Source of the DNA: Thermoanaerobaculia bacterium
GTDB lineage: Bacteria; Acidobacteriota; Thermoanaerobaculia; Multivoradales; Multivoraceae
Direction: 5' to 3'
Assembly: GCA_963666565.1 (NCBI GenBank)
Contig: OY762911.1
Location: 1,344,001-1,408,000, forward strand
Length of the DNA stretch: 64,000 nucleotides
A model generated the notes under the pieces. That model did no database searches and was not told where the DNA came from. It saw only the letters and a program-made list of their open reading frames with translations. Positions 28,618 through 40,442 of the stretch are shown piece by piece. Each line of letters begins with the position of its first letter. Position 1 is the stretch's first letter. Both the position numbers and the translations under genes were made by a program.

Positions 28618-29273
28618 ATGGGCCTCAAGCGACGATTGGATGTAGCCGCCCGTCGCCCCCGGACTTGCGCTTTCGCGGCCGGTCTCGGTCTCCTGGCGGT
28701 CGCGACGGTCCATGCCCAGCCCGGGCAGACGCCCGCGAAGGCCCCGGAAAGTGCCCCCGCCGTCCAGGGCGAGCCGGCGCCGAAGCCGCTCGCGCCGCCG
28801 GCCGGGGTCGCCGCGCCGGCCCGGGTCCAGGGTCCCGTCTACACCTGGGAGGACGGGGACCGGACGATGCGCGCGAGGCTTCAGCCGGACCTGGTCGTCC
28901 GCGAGGACGGCGCCGTCGGCGAGCGTGAGACCTACGTCGCCAGGGCCGGCGACCGGACGATCGTGCGCTCCGGGAGCCGGGCCGCGGAGGGCGGCCAGCC
29001 GGTGTTCCGGTCCGAGTCCGGCAGGTTGATGACCCTGCCGGGCGGCGTGGTACTCATTCTCGACCCGGACTGGACGGAACCGGATCTCTCGGCCTTCTTC
29101 GCCGCGAACGGCGTCGGGATGGACCGGGTGTCCCGCTGGCCGGCATTCCGGGCGCCTGGTTCGTGGAGACGGCGCCGGGCTTCCCTTCCCTCGATCTCGC
29201 GAACGCGCTGGCCGGGCAGGACGGGGTCGAGGTCTCGAGCCCGAACTGGTGGAGGGAAGCCGTTCCCCGGTGA
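28618..29273 (+). pseudogene. exported S8 pro-domain/chaperone-like protein, frameshifted near 29131-29135
   Basis: Frame from the ATG gives ...FFAANGVGMDRVS; the -1 frame continues PLAGIPGAWFVETAPGFPSLDLANALAGQDGVEVSSPNWWREAVPR*. Confidence 0.6.
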
Positions 29274-29382
29274 ACCGGCGGCCGCGGCACTGCCTGCGCC
29301 GGGTCGGTGAGGGTACGAGCCGGCGGCAGCGCGCCTCGCCGCCGCCGTCGGGCGCCGACGAGGCGTTCCGCCGCGTCTTCGG

Positions 29383-30075
29383 TCAGAACGAGAAGCCGAT
29401 GCCGGCCAGGAAGTCCACCGGCTGCTCCGGCAACGCGTCGCTGTCGAGCGCGTCGACGTAGCTGACGAACGCCGACCAGGCGCCGCCCGAGAGGCCGAAG
29501 GTGACGTTGCCGTCGTACATGCCGCCGCTCGTCCCGCCGTAGGCCGCGGCGAAGTCGTCGCCGGCCCAGCCGGCCGAGACGTCGACGCTCCAGGCCAGGG
29601 CGTCGCTCACGTCGCCGCCGAACGAGACGCCGACGTTGGCGTAGAAGTCCTTGACCTCGTCGATGTCGTAGTAGACGGAGACGCTGGGCGACGCGGTCAT
29701 GTCCCAGCCGACGGTCACGTAGAGCTCCCGCGTGCCGGCGAACGCCGTGTTCGGGAACAGGTACTCGATGAAGCCGACTTCGGCCGAGACCGCGTCGGTG
29801 CCGAAGCCGTAGGAAGCGGTGAGATCGATCTCGTTGAACTCGCCGCTCATGTCGTTCGCGTCGTCGATGTCCAGGTTGCCCCAGACGTTGATCGCGAAGC
29901 CGCTGGCGTTCGAGGCCGTGACCGAGGGCTGCCACACGGCCCCGTCGGTGAACGTGATGCCGCGCCACACGTAGGCGGAAGCGAAGTCGAGGGCGTACTC
30001 GGCATCGGCGGTTGCCGGAGCGGCCGCCAGGCCGAGCGCCGCGACGGTCAGGAGAATGGTCGATTTCCGGAACAT
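29383..30075 (-). CDS. outer-membrane beta-barrel protein (TorF/Gcw_chp-like putative porin)
   Basis: Signal peptide, SAYVWRG, EIDLTASY, C-terminal GIGFSF; AGGAGG RBS. Confidence 0.75.
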   Translation of the reverse strand: MFRKSTILLTVAALGLAAAPATADAEYALDFASAYVWRGITFTDGAVWQPSVTASNASGFAINVWGNLDIDDANDMSGEFNEIDLTASYGFGTDAVSAEVGFIEYLFPNTAFAGTRELYVTVGWDMTASPSVSVYYDIDEVKDFYANVGVSFGGDVSDALAWSVDVSAGWAGDDFAAAYGGTSGGMYDGNVTFGLSGGAWSAFVSYVDALDSDALPEQPVDFLAGIGFSF

Positions 30076-30126
30076 TGGGTAGAACCTCCTTGTAGGGCGA
30101 ACGTTCGCCGGTTGCGCCGCTTCGGT

Positions 30127-30142
30127 AGCAACTCAGGTGCCA
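30127..30142 (-). promoter_or_regulatory. sigma54 (-24/-12) promoter of the beta-barrel gene
   Basis: Minus strand TGGCAC-CTGAG-TTGCT, 52 nt upstream of the ATG. Confidence 0.85.
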
Positions 30143-30243
30143 ACGATGCGGTTTGGTCTCAGAGGGATGAGAAGTCGTTGCCGGCCAAACCGTTTCCGAC
30201 ACCGTTCCCGGTCCCCCGAAACGCCCGTCCGACGGCGTCGATA

Positions 30244-30257
30244 CTACAATTCTGTAG
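30244..30257. promoter_or_regulatory. candidate enhancer (UAS) palindrome CTACA-N4-TGTAG
   Basis: About 100 bp upstream of the sigma54 promoter. Confidence 0.4.
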
Positions 30258-30321
30258 CAGTCCGGGGTGACGACAGACAATCGTGAGTCTGACGCCGACC
30301 AGTCAGCGGCGCCGCCGCCGC

Positions 30322-31845
<1,524 letters not shown>

Positions 31846-32071
31846 AGTCGTCCAGCTGATCGCCGCCGTTGTCGGGACGAGATTCCCGTCCGCCGGGGCC
31901 GGGACGCGGCCGACAACTTCGTCCTTCGGCGGCGAGACGTGCGTTGCCTTGGCGGCGGATCCTGTCACAGCCCCGGTCCGGTCGGTCATGGAGGTCCGTC
32001 GGAGCAAGAATCGGGCCGGGGCGCGGCGGCATGGCGTCGCCGGCGGCCGCGATAGCTTCGGACTCGGCGCG

Positions 32072-33244
32072 ATGAGCGATCCATCTTCCAGATCCCCCGA
32101 TGGTGCGCGCCGGTCCGCCGAGTTCGGCGACGGGCGGGGTCTGGAACCGCTCGCGCCGCTCGATCTGAACGCCGTCGACTCGTTCTCGGACCTGCTCGCG
32201 GCGATGAAGTCGACGTCCTTCGGCGGTCGCCAGCTCGGCGAGGCGGCGGACGTGCTCCACGAGATGGCGGCGGACGAGGACTGCCTGGTCGTCGGCACCT
32301 TCACCGGGGCGATGACGGCGGCCAAGCAGGGGCTGGTGCTGTGCGAGATGATCGACCACGGCCTGCTCGACGCGATCGTCTGCACCGGGGCGCTGATGGT
32401 CCACGGCTTCGTCGAGTCCGCCGGGATGATCCACTTCAAGGCGCCGCCGGGCACGCTCGACGACCGCAGCGCGTACTACGCCGGCTACGACCGGATCTAC
32501 GACACCCTGGAACTGGAGAGCAACCTGGACCGGGTGGAGCTCATCGTCCACTCGGTCCTGGAGGAGTGGCCGGAGGGCGAGGTCGCCTGTTCGCGTCTCC
32601 TGAACGAGGCGTTCGGCCGGTGGCTGAGCGAAGCGGAGGGTGCGCCGCCGGTGAGCGGTCTGCCCGGAGAGCCGGCTGCCGGCTCGGATTCAGGCGTGCC
32701 AGGAGCTTCCCCGGCGAGCGGACGGCCCGGAGACGCCACGCCGGTCCGTGGCGTCCTGTCTTCCGCCTGGCGCCGCGGCGTGCCGGTCTACGTGCCGGCG
32801 TTCACGGACTCGGAGATCGGGCTCGACTTCGCTCTCTTCAACCGGGCGCGGGCGCGGCGCGGCCTGGCGCCGGTGCGGTTCGACCCGTTCCTCGACCTGG
32901 AGCACTACACGGAGCTGGTCGCCGGGGCAAAGCGGCTCGGCATCTTCACGGTAGGCGGCGGCGTGCCGCGGAACTGGGCGCAGCAGGTTGCGCCGTACCT
33001 GGAGGCCGCTGCGCGCCGTGCCGGCGAGGACGCGCCGCCCCGGCGGTTCCGCTACGGCGTGCGGATCTGCCCCGAGCCGGAACACTGGGGCGGCCTCTCG
33101 GGCTGCGGCTACAGCGAGGGCGTGTCCTGGGGCAAGTTCGTCCCCGCCTCCGAGGGTGGCCGGTTCGCCGAGGTCCCAGCGGACGCGACCCTGGTGTGGC
33201 CGCTGCTTGTCGCCGGCGTACTGGAGCGGATGGGTCTGCGCTAG
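32072..33244 (+). CDS. deoxyhypusine synthase-like protein (bacterial, likely homospermidine synthesis)
   Basis: RIYDT, PAFTDSEIG, GGGVPRNW, GGLSGC..SEGVSWGK, DAT. Confidence 0.85.
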   Translation: MSDPSSRSPDGARRSAEFGDGRGLEPLAPLDLNAVDSFSDLLAAMKSTSFGGRQLGEAADVLHEMAADEDCLVVGTFTGAMTAAKQGLVLCEMIDHGLLDAIVCTGALMVHGFVESAGMIHFKAPPGTLDDRSAYYAGYDRIYDTLELESNLDRVELIVHSVLEEWPEGEVACSRLLNEAFGRWLSEAEGAPPVSGLPGEPAAGSDSGVPGASPASGRPGDATPVRGVLSSAWRRGVPVYVPAFTDSEIGLDFALFNRARARRGLAPVRFDPFLDLEHYTELVAGAKRLGIFTVGGGVPRNWAQQVAPYLEAAARRAGEDAPPRRFRYGVRICPEPEHWGGLSGCGYSEGVSWGKFVPASEGGRFAEVPADATLVWPLLVAGVLERMGLR

Positions 33245-33561
33245 AGGCGCTGCAGCTTCACTGCGGTCCCGACCGCCAGCAGTTCCGCGGCGCCGCTGGT
33301 GATCACCGAGGTCGTGAACCGCACCGCCACGACGGCGTCGGCGCCCAGGCTCTCCGCCTCGGCGATCATGCGGTCGAGCGCCTGCTCCCGGCTCTCGGCG
33401 ACCATCTTCGTGTACTCGGTGACCTCGCCGCCGACGAGGTTGCGGAGAGCCGCGGTGATGTCCCTCCCTACGTGACGGGCGCGGATCGTGTTGCCGCGCA
33501 CCAGGCCAAGCGTCTGCGCGATGTCGTGTCCTGCGATCGTCTCGGTGGTGGCAATCAGCAT
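33241..33561 (-). CDS. YbjQ/UPF0145 family protein
   Basis: LGLVRG, GGEVTEYTKM, GADAVV, GTAVK. Confidence 0.9.
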   Translation of the reverse strand: MLIATTETIAGHDIAQTLGLVRGNTIRARHVGRDITAALRNLVGGEVTEYTKMVAESREQALDRMIAEAESLGADAVVAVRFTTSVITSGAAELLAVGTAVKLQRL

Positions 33562-33571
33562 CTCGGCCTCC

Positions 33572-33808
33572 TCACCTCTCGATGTCCCTGTACGGGTCCG
33601 TCTTGCGGGCGATCAACTGCTGCCGGAGCACGGACAGCAGCAGGAGCGCCAGGCCGCCGTAGAGCCCGCCGACGCCCAGCTTGATGTAGAGCGGCGTCTC
33701 GGCGTCGAAGACGAAGAAGTAGATGGCGACGCCGGCCAGGACCAGAACGCCGCCGGCGAAGAGCAGCCAGCCGAGGCCGCGCGCGATTCCGACTGTCGTG
33801 TCCGCCAT
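33572..33808 (-). CDS. small 2-TM membrane protein
   Basis: Two hydrophobic helices, C-terminal DPYRDIER; in operon with msrA and YbjQ. Confidence 0.7.
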   Translation of the reverse strand: MADTTVGIARGLGWLLFAGGVLVLAGVAIYFFVFDAETPLYIKLGVGGLYGGLALLLLSVLRQQLIARKTDPYRDIER

Positions 33809-33832
33809 CTTCGTTTCTCCTGTCCGCGGCGC

Positions 33833-34498
33833 TCAGACCGCCTGTCGGGCCGGCGCCTCGAGGCCGGTCGGGCAAGCGACGCCGGTGCCGCCCAGGCCGC
33901 AGTAGCCGCCGGGGTTCTTGGCCAGGTACTGCTGGTGGTAGTCCTCGGCGAAGTAGAAGTCGGGAGCGTCGAGGATCTCCGTCGTGATCGGACCGTACCC
34001 GGCGGCCGCCAGACGCTGCTGGTAAAGCGCCAGGGAGTCCCGGGCGGCGCGCCGCTGGGCCTTCGAGCAGGCGTAGATGCCCGAGCGGTACTGGGTGCCG
34101 ACGTCGTTCCCCTGCCGCATGCCCTGGGTCGGGTCGTGGCTCTCCCAGAAGATGCGGAGCAGCTCGTCGTAGGAGATGCGCTCCGGATCGAACACGACGC
34201 GGACCACCTCATTGTGGCCGGTCAGCCCGCTGCAGACCTCCTGGTAGGTCGGATTCGGGGTAGCGCCGGCGGCGTATCCGACCGCGGTCGTGATCACTCC
34301 CTGGGCTTCCCAGAACTTGCGCTCGGCGCCCCAGAAGCAGCCGAGTCCGAACATCGCGAGTTCGCTGCCTTCCGGGTAGGGCGGCGCGATCGGAGCGTCG
34401 AGGACGTAGTGGCGCGGCGGCACGGGCATCGTCTCGTCCCGGCCGGGCAGCGCTTCGCCCGGTTCCGGCATGCGGACCTTGTTGAAGAACCAGCTCAT
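33833..34498 (-). CDS. msrA: peptide methionine sulfoxide reductase A
   Basis: [35 protein letters not shown]. Confidence 0.95.
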   Translation of the reverse strand: MSWFFNKVRMPEPGEALPGRDETMPVPPRHYVLDAPIAPPYPEGSELAMFGLGCFWGAERKFWEAQGVITTAVGYAAGATPNPTYQEVCSGLTGHNEVVRVVFDPERISYDELLRIFWESHDPTQGMRQGNDVGTQYRSGIYACSKAQRRAARDSLALYQQRLAAAGYGPITTEILDAPDFYFAEDYHQQYLAKNPGGYCGLGGTGVACPTGLEAPARQAV

Positions 34499-34534
34499 CG
34501 AACCGATTGTAACGCCAGATCGGAGCCGGCCTCC

Positions 34535-34592
34535 GGCCGGCGCTGTTCTCCGGCCGCCTGCGGCGGCAGCGGGTCGGAAGCCCCGCGCACCC
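34535..34592 (-). repeat. REP-like repeat copy 9 (extended form)
   Basis: Core with one mismatch plus second hairpin. Confidence 0.8.
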
Positions 34593-34681
34593 AGGGGACG
34601 GCCTTGTTCCCCGCGCGACAGCGCGGGCGAAGCGCCGGCTGCTACCGTTCCAAGATCGGCAGGGCATCGAAGGAGCCAACG

Positions 34682-35980
34682 ATGAAGGAACGGACGCGCG
34701 GCATTCACGAGGTCTTCGCCGCCGACCCGGAACGGGCCGACCGGGAAGTCTGGGGCCGGCGTGCCGACCCTCGCACCCGGCGGGGCTTCCTCAAGGGTCT
34801 CGGCGCGATGTCGGCCCTGCTCGGCGCCAGGATCGTCTTCCACGACCTCATGCCCGCGGGCCTGATCCCGGCGGCGTTCGCGAATCAGGCCGAGCCCTTC
34901 GCCATCGAAGGCAAGGACGGCCTGACCGTCCTGAACGACCGGCCGCTGTGCGCCGAGACGCCGGCGCACCTGCTGAACGACGACGTCACGCCGGCGAACC
35001 GCCTGTTCGTCCGCAACAACGGGGTCCCGCCGGAGCAAGTCGACACGCGGAACTGGACCCTGACCGTCGACGGCGAGTCGGCGGCCCGCGCGAAGACCTA
35101 CGCGCTGGGCGACCTGAAGCGGCGCTTCGAGAACGTCAGCCGGCAACTCGTCATGGAGTGCGGCGGCAACGGCCGCTCGGAGTACGACCCGCCGGCCTCC
35201 GGCAACCAGTGGACCGTCGGCGCGGTGGGGTGTCCGCGCTGGGACGGCCTCCGCCTGCGCGACGTGCTCGAGGACTGCGGCTACCGCGACGACGCCGTGT
35301 ACGTCGCGTACTACGGCGCCGACACGGCGGCGGGCGGCGAGGGAGTCCCGATCTCAAGGGGCGTGCCGCTCGCCAAGGCCCTGGAAGCCGAGTCGATGAT
35401 CGCGTGGGGCATGAACGGCGAACCGCTCCACCCGATGAACGGCCATCCGCTCCGCCTCGTCTTCGGCGGCTGGCCGGGGTCCACCTCGGGCAAGTGGCTC
35501 ACCCGGGTCGCCGTCCGCGACATCGTCCACGACGGACCGAAGATGACCGGCATGTCCTACAGCGTGCCGCGCCAGCCGGTGGCGCCGGGCGCCGAAGTGG
35601 CCGAAGAGGACATGCGGATCATCGAGGCGATGCCGGTCAAGTCGCTCATCACGTCTCCGCGGAGCGGCTTCCAGCACCGGCTCGGCGAGGCGCTGCCCCT
35701 CCACGGCCATGCCTGGACCGGCGACAACCGGGTCGAACGGCTGGACGTCTCCATCGACTTCGGCCGGACCTGGTCCCGCGCCGATCTGCAGCCGCCGGCG
35801 AACCGCCTCGCCTGGCAGAACTGGGACCTGGATCTGGCGTTCCCCGAGGCCGGCTACTACGAGGTTTGGGCCCGGGCCGCCGACGCCAACGGCGAGGTGC
35901 AGCCGGTGGTCCTGCCTGGCTGGAACCCGCGGGGCTACCTGAACAACGCCTGCCACCGGATCGCCGTCTATGTGGCGTAG
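34682..35980 (+). CDS. Tat-exported sulfite oxidase family molybdoenzyme (SorA/SorT-like)
   Basis: RRGFLK Tat motif, FVRNNG, ECGGNGR (Mo-Cys), [20 protein letters not shown]; TGCTACCGT -10 at 34640-34648. Confidence 0.9.
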   Translation: MKERTRGIHEVFAADPERADREVWGRRADPRTRRGFLKGLGAMSALLGARIVFHDLMPAGLIPAAFANQAEPFAIEGKDGLTVLNDRPLCAETPAHLLNDDVTPANRLFVRNNGVPPEQVDTRNWTLTVDGESAARAKTYALGDLKRRFENVSRQLVMECGGNGRSEYDPPASGNQWTVGAVGCPRWDGLRLRDVLEDCGYRDDAVYVAYYGADTAAGGEGVPISRGVPLAKALEAESMIAWGMNGEPLHPMNGHPLRLVFGGWPGSTSGKWLTRVAVRDIVHDGPKMTGMSYSVPRQPVAPGAEVAEEDMRIIEAMPVKSLITSPRSGFQHRLGEALPLHGHAWTGDNRVERLDVSIDFGRTWSRADLQPPANRLAWQNWDLDLAFPEAGYYEVWARAADANGEVQPVVLPGWNPRGYLNNACHRIAVYVA

Positions 35981-36074
35981 GCGCCAGCGCGTCAGGAACC
36001 GGGGTGGGGCCGCTGCAGCGAGCGTCGGTGCGCCGACCTTCTGGCCAGCCCTGCTTGTCACGCTTGCGTCCGCT

Positions 36075-36098
36075 GGGTGCGCGGGTCTTCCGACCCGC
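36075..36098 (+). repeat. REP-like repeat copy 10
   Basis: Exact core. Confidence 0.85.
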
Positions 36099-36134
36099 AT
36101 CGAGCGCGAGGCTGCGAAGCAGCGAGCGCGAGTC

Positions 36135-36506
36135 GTGCTCCATGCCGGGCTCGGCCTGGTCCTCCTGATGGCCTTGGACACCGCTGCCGTGGCACAGGCA
36201 CCGCTTACCGACCCCGAGACCGGCCTGGTCCAGGACGCCGCCGGCGTCTGGAAGACGGTGCGCGCTCGCTGCACCGAATGCCACTCCGCCACGTTGCTGC
36301 AGCAGAACCGTACGAGCCGCGACGGCTGGATCCGCATCATCCGGCGCATGGAGAAGGACGAGGGTCTCGAGCCGCTCGGTGACCTGGAGAAGCCGATCCT
36401 CGACTACCTGGCCGCAGCTTACGGCGTGCAGGTCAAGCCGACCGAACTGAGGCGAAGGCGGGCGCCGCTGCGACAACCGCCGGTCGAAGGGGAAGCCGGC
36501 CGGTGA
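36135..36506 (+). CDS. monoheme cytochrome c partner of the sulfite oxidase; start approximate
   Basis: CTECH heme motif, W..IIRRM, ILDYLA. Confidence 0.8.
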   Translation: MLHAGLGLVLLMALDTAAVAQAPLTDPETGLVQDAAGVWKTVRARCTECHSATLLQQNRTSRDGWIRIIRRMEKDEGLEPLGDLEKPILDYLAAAYGVQVKPTELRRRRAPLRQPPVEGEAGR

Positions 36507-36594
36507 AACCGCGGTGCAAGCGGTCGTCGGCTGCCGCTGGGCGAACGAGCGATGAACATCGACAGGGCGCTCGGAGAGGCCGGCGCTCCGGACG

Positions 36595-38493
36595 ATGACC
36601 GCATCCACTGGCCTGACCGACAGCGACGATCGCGTAGACGCGCTCGAAGGGCAGGTGCGGGCGCTGAGGGAGGAGGTAGCGGAGCTGCGGCGCGCGGTCG
36701 CGGGAGAGGGTTCCGCGACGGCGGCGCCCCGGGAAGCGGCCGACGCGCCGTCGCCGTCACCCATGGCGGCTCGCCGATCTCAAGGGGCCGACCTGCCAGG
36801 TTCCGAGGCGAGTCGCCGGCCGGCGGAGGCCGCCCCGCCGCCCCGACGACCCGCGCGCGCCGCCTGGCGCGACATCGACTTCGAGTCGCTGATCGGCGGC
36901 CGCTGGCTGAACCGGATCGGCATTCTCACGCTTCTCATCGCGGCCGCGTTCTTCCTGCGCTACGCGTTCGAGAACGAGTGGATCGGGCCGATGGGGCGCG
37001 TCCTGATCGGGCTCGTGAGCGGCCTTGCCCTGGCCGGTTACGGCGAGTGGCTGGCGGCGCGGGGCATGCGCTACTTCGCCGAGGGGATGACGGCGCTCGG
37101 CGCCGGCATCGTCTACCTCTCCGGCTATGCCGCTTGGGACTTCTACGCCCTCGTGCCGCAGCCGGCGGCGTTCGCGTTCCTCGCCCTCGTCACCGCGGCC
37201 GTCATCGGTCTGTCTGTGCGGCGCGACTCGCAGCGGCTGGCGGCGCTCGCGCTCGCCGGCGGCTACCTGACGCCCGCGCTGCTCAGCACCGGCGCGGACG
37301 CCCAGGTCGTGCTCTTCAGCTACCTCGCGCTGCTCAGCGCGAGCCTCCTCGCGTTGGCCCTGCTGCGCGGCTTCCGGGTCCTGGCGCCGGCCGCCCTGGT
37401 GGCGACTGCCGTCTACTTCATCGCCTGGTACGTCGAGTTCTACGCCGGCGAGCGACTCCTCTCGACCGCTCTCTTCGGCACGCTCCTCTACGTCATCTAC
37501 TTCGCCCTGCCCGTCGCCAGGGCGCGCATGGCTCGACTTGCGGCAAGTTCTTCCGACGCCTGGACTTCGAGCCTCCGGGCGGGCAGGCCCCGGCGGCTGC
37601 ACCCGACCGAGATCGGTGTGCTGGTTCTGTCGCTCGGCCTCTACGTCGTGCTGCTGCAGCAGCTCCTCTACGAGGACCGGCGGTGGTGGCTGACCGGCGC
37701 CGTTCTGGCCCTGGCGGCGGTCCACCTTGCCGTGTCCCGGGCGCTCGGGCGCTGGAGCGCCGGAGTAGAGCGAAGAAGCCGCCAACTGCGGGTCCTGTTC
37801 GCCGTCCTCGGCGCGTTGCTGGCCACGATCGCTTTCCCCATCCGGCTCGAAGGCGACTGGATCACTCTGGCCTGGACCGCGGAGGCCGTGGCGCTGGCGG
37901 TCGCCGGAACACGGCTGCCGTCGATCTGGATGCGCGCCTTCTCCGTCGCGCTCTTCGGCGTCGTCCTGCTGATGACGCCTGCCGCCTTCGGCGGAGAGCG
38001 CGAGGTCCTCTTCGTCAACCTGCGCTTCCTGACCCTGGCCGCCGTGGCGGCCAGCCTGGTCGTCGCCGGCCTCTACGCGCGGCGGCGCCTGAAGACCCCG
38101 GTCCGAATGGAGGCCCCGGTGTGGACCGCGGCGCTTGGCATCGCCAACCTGGTCGCTCTCGTCGCCGTCTCGGCCGAGATGTGGGACGTTGTCCAGGGGC
38201 TCGACGTCGACCTCGACCTCGATCTGGCCGCCCAGGTCGTCCTGTCGGCCGTGTGGCTCCTCTGGGCGGCAGCCCTGATCGCCGCCGGCATCCGCGGCCA
38301 CGCCCCGGGCCTTCGCTGGCAGGGCCTGGCCCTGCTGCTGGTCGTGGTCGGCAAGACCTTCCTCATCGACCTGTCGTTCCTCGAACAGGGCTACCGGATC
38401 CTGTCCTTCCTGATCGTCGGCGTCCTGCTGGTGGCGGTGTCGTTCCTGTACCAGCGAAGTCAACGTGGCGGCGAGAACTCCGAAGCCAGTTAG
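36595..38493 (+). CDS. DUF2339 family polytopic membrane protein
   Basis: FESLIGGRWLNRIG, many TMs, KTFLIDL...YRILSF. Confidence 0.8.
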   Translation: MTASTGLTDSDDRVDALEGQVRALREEVAELRRAVAGEGSATAAPREAADAPSPSPMAARRSQGADLPGSEASRRPAEAAPPPRRPARAAWRDIDFESLIGGRWLNRIGILTLLIAAAFFLRYAFENEWIGPMGRVLIGLVSGLALAGYGEWLAARGMRYFAEGMTALGAGIVYLSGYAAWDFYALVPQPAAFAFLALVTAAVIGLSVRRDSQRLAALALAGGYLTPALLSTGADAQVVLFSYLALLSASLLALALLRGFRVLAPAALVATAVYFIAWYVEFYAGERLLSTALFGTLLYVIYFALPVARARMARLAASSSDAWTSSLRAGRPRRLHPTEIGVLVLSLGLYVVLLQQLLYEDRRWWLTGAVLALAAVHLAVSRALGRWSAGVERRSRQLRVLFAVLGALLATIAFPIRLEGDWITLAWTAEAVALAVAGTRLPSIWMRAFSVALFGVVLLMTPAAFGGEREVLFVNLRFLTLAAVAASLVVAGLYARRRLKTPVRMEAPVWTAALGIANLVALVAVSAEMWDVVQGLDVDLDLDLAAQVVLSAVWLLWAAALIAAGIRGHAPGLRWQGLALLLVVVGKTFLIDLSFLEQGYRILSFLIVGVLLVAVSFLYQRSQRGGENSEAS

Positions 38494-38619
38494 CACACTT
38501 GGCGTTTAGCCCCATGCCCTATACTCAGGCGGCTACCGATCGGCGGGTGCCGAGAGAACGGTGCCGGACGGACTCGCGACGATCCCGTAGCGTCGGGATG
38601 TACGGAGAAGGACCGCCTC

Positions 38620-40374
38620 ATGAACTCAGTCCCAACGTCGAAAGGCCTCAAGCGTTGGCCGTTCACTGCTCTGGTGGCCCTCTTCTTGGCCGCCCCGGCT
38701 CTCTTGGCGCAGGAACCAAGCACGTCATCGGGCCAGCTAGACCTCACGGTCATTGTCGTGGCAGGGGACCTGACGTTGAAGCCGGTACCCAAGTGGGCTT
38801 TCGAGACGCGCTCAAGGAACACGAACGCGACGTACAGCCTGACTACGGGCTTTGATGGTCGGGCTCAACTCGATCTTCCTCCTGGTTCCTACGAGATCAC
38901 CGCCACCAGACCGCTGACGTTCGAGGGTCAGGAGTTCACCTGGAGTGTCTCCTTCGATGTAGCTGAAGGTAGGGTGACGACTCTGGAGTTGTCCAACGAC
39001 AACGTCGTTAGCCGGCCGGGCTCTGCACCTGCTGCAGGGGCAGCCGCGAATCTCAGTGAAGGCGAACTCTATCGGAAGATCCAGCACAGCGTGTTCAAGG
39101 TGATATCAGAGACTGGACACGGAAGCGGCTTCTTGGTGTATCCGTGGGCCGGCGTCATCTTGACGAACCACCATGTTGTCGCGAACTCGGACTATCTGGC
39201 CGTCCTCCTGTCACCCGGAAACAAGCACTCCGCTCATGTACTCGCCTTTGACGAGATCAACGACTTGGCAGTTCTTCAAGTACATCCTCGACTTGTTGAG
39301 AGTCTCCTCGCTCCGCCACTCGCGGAGGACGAGCCGGCTGCTGCTCCTGTCGAGGTCGGAGACACGGTCGTTGCCGTCGGAAGTCCACTTGCCACGGAGA
39401 CGATCTTGACGAGTGGTCTGGTCAGCAAACTGGAAGATGGGGCGATCTACAGCGATGTCAGCATCAACCCGGGAAACTCGGGAGGGCCGCTCTTCAACCT
39501 CCGTGGCGAGGTCGTGGGTATCAGTACGTTTGGGCTGAGTAGCGGTGGAGTCTCCCCCGGCTTGGCGGGAATCGTGCGCGTTCACTTGGCCAAAGCCGTG
39601 GTGGACCGAGCGCTTGAGTCGCCGCGCCTGAACTCGCCTCCGACTGACCGAAGATTGGCAGTTGCGTCGGAAACGCCGTTTCCAGCCGAAGTTCTCAGAG
39701 AACTGGTCGCTTCCGGTTCGTTCACTTCGGCTCGTCAGGCCAGAGTCACGGGCCGGCAGGTCAAGGAGTACCAGGTCGAAGCCGGCAAGTTCGATGTGCA
39801 GTTGATCACGCCGGTCCTGACAGCAGCGCTTGAAGTGGCCGAGGAGCGTGAGGCGGCCGGCGGTCGCACGAAGAGGAACAGAAGAAAGCAGGCCAAGGAT
39901 TACGCCGTAGGCGACCACTTCTACGAGTGGCGGAGATACGCCGGCGACTATCGAGCGGTGGTCACAGTCCAAGCTGTTCCTGAGATTCGACTGACGACCG
40001 GTTCGATCTTCGGCGCTGTCGCTGGTGGACTTGCGGGAGTGGCAACGCCACAGAAGTACCGCTTCAAGACTGACTTCGACAGGATGGCCCTTCTTCGCGA
40101 CGGGGTCGAAGTGGAGCCGATTTGGCCGGGTCGGGTTGCCAATGTTGTGCACGAAGAGGGCTTCGTGAGCATGAAGGACGTGGGCTACTACGGGATCTAC
40201 GAGTATCCACCCGAGGCGTTCGAGCCGCCCGCGGAACTCACCTTGAAGATCTGGAAGCAGGGTGTGGAGCAGCCGATCATCAAGGTGATTCCACAGCAAA
40301 AGCAGTGGCAAGTTTGGGAGGACTTTCGTCTCTACTTCGGCGCGGTCGAGAAACAGGGATCTTCCGGTCGATAG
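38620..40374 (+). CDS. exported trypsin-like (S1C) serine protease with N-terminal carboxypeptidase-regulatory-like domain
   Basis: GSGF, TNHHVV, NDLAVL, INPGNSGGPL. Confidence 0.85.
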   Translation: MNSVPTSKGLKRWPFTALVALFLAAPALLAQEPSTSSGQLDLTVIVVAGDLTLKPVPKWAFETRSRNTNATYSLTTGFDGRAQLDLPPGSYEITATRPLTFEGQEFTWSVSFDVAEGRVTTLELSNDNVVSRPGSAPAAGAAANLSEGELYRKIQHSVFKVISETGHGSGFLVYPWAGVILTNHHVVANSDYLAVLLSPGNKHSAHVLAFDEINDLAVLQVHPRLVESLLAPPLAEDEPAAAPVEVGDTVVAVGSPLATETILTSGLVSKLEDGAIYSDVSINPGNSGGPLFNLRGEVVGISTFGLSSGGVSPGLAGIVRVHLAKAVVDRALESPRLNSPPTDRRLAVASETPFPAEVLRELVASGSFTSARQARVTGRQVKEYQVEAGKFDVQLITPVLTAALEVAEEREAAGGRTKRNRRKQAKDYAVGDHFYEWRRYAGDYRAVVTVQAVPEIRLTTGSIFGAVAGGLAGVATPQKYRFKTDFDRMALLRDGVEVEPIWPGRVANVVHEEGFVSMKDVGYYGIYEYPPEAFEPPAELTLKIWKQGVEQPIIKVIPQQKQWQVWEDFRLYFGAVEKQGSSGR

Positions 40375-40442
40375 CGCTCGCAGTGCAGCCCTGCTGGCTT
40401 GGGATTTGTCGCGTCGAGAGACGACGTGGTCGATAGAATCGG

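Noticed and set aside
26152-29310. 1052-aa ORF overlapping the S8 protease
   Set aside because: Only the part from 28618 is protein-like; the rest is an off-frame shadow.
32072-33244. Eukaryote/archaea-like hypusination system
   Set aside because: Bacterial DHS-like proteins are widespread and linked to polyamine synthesis; no IF5A-like neighbour.
34682-36506. Sox sulfur-oxidation cluster
   Set aside because: No soxXYZAB genes; only a SorA/SorT-like enzyme with one cytochrome.
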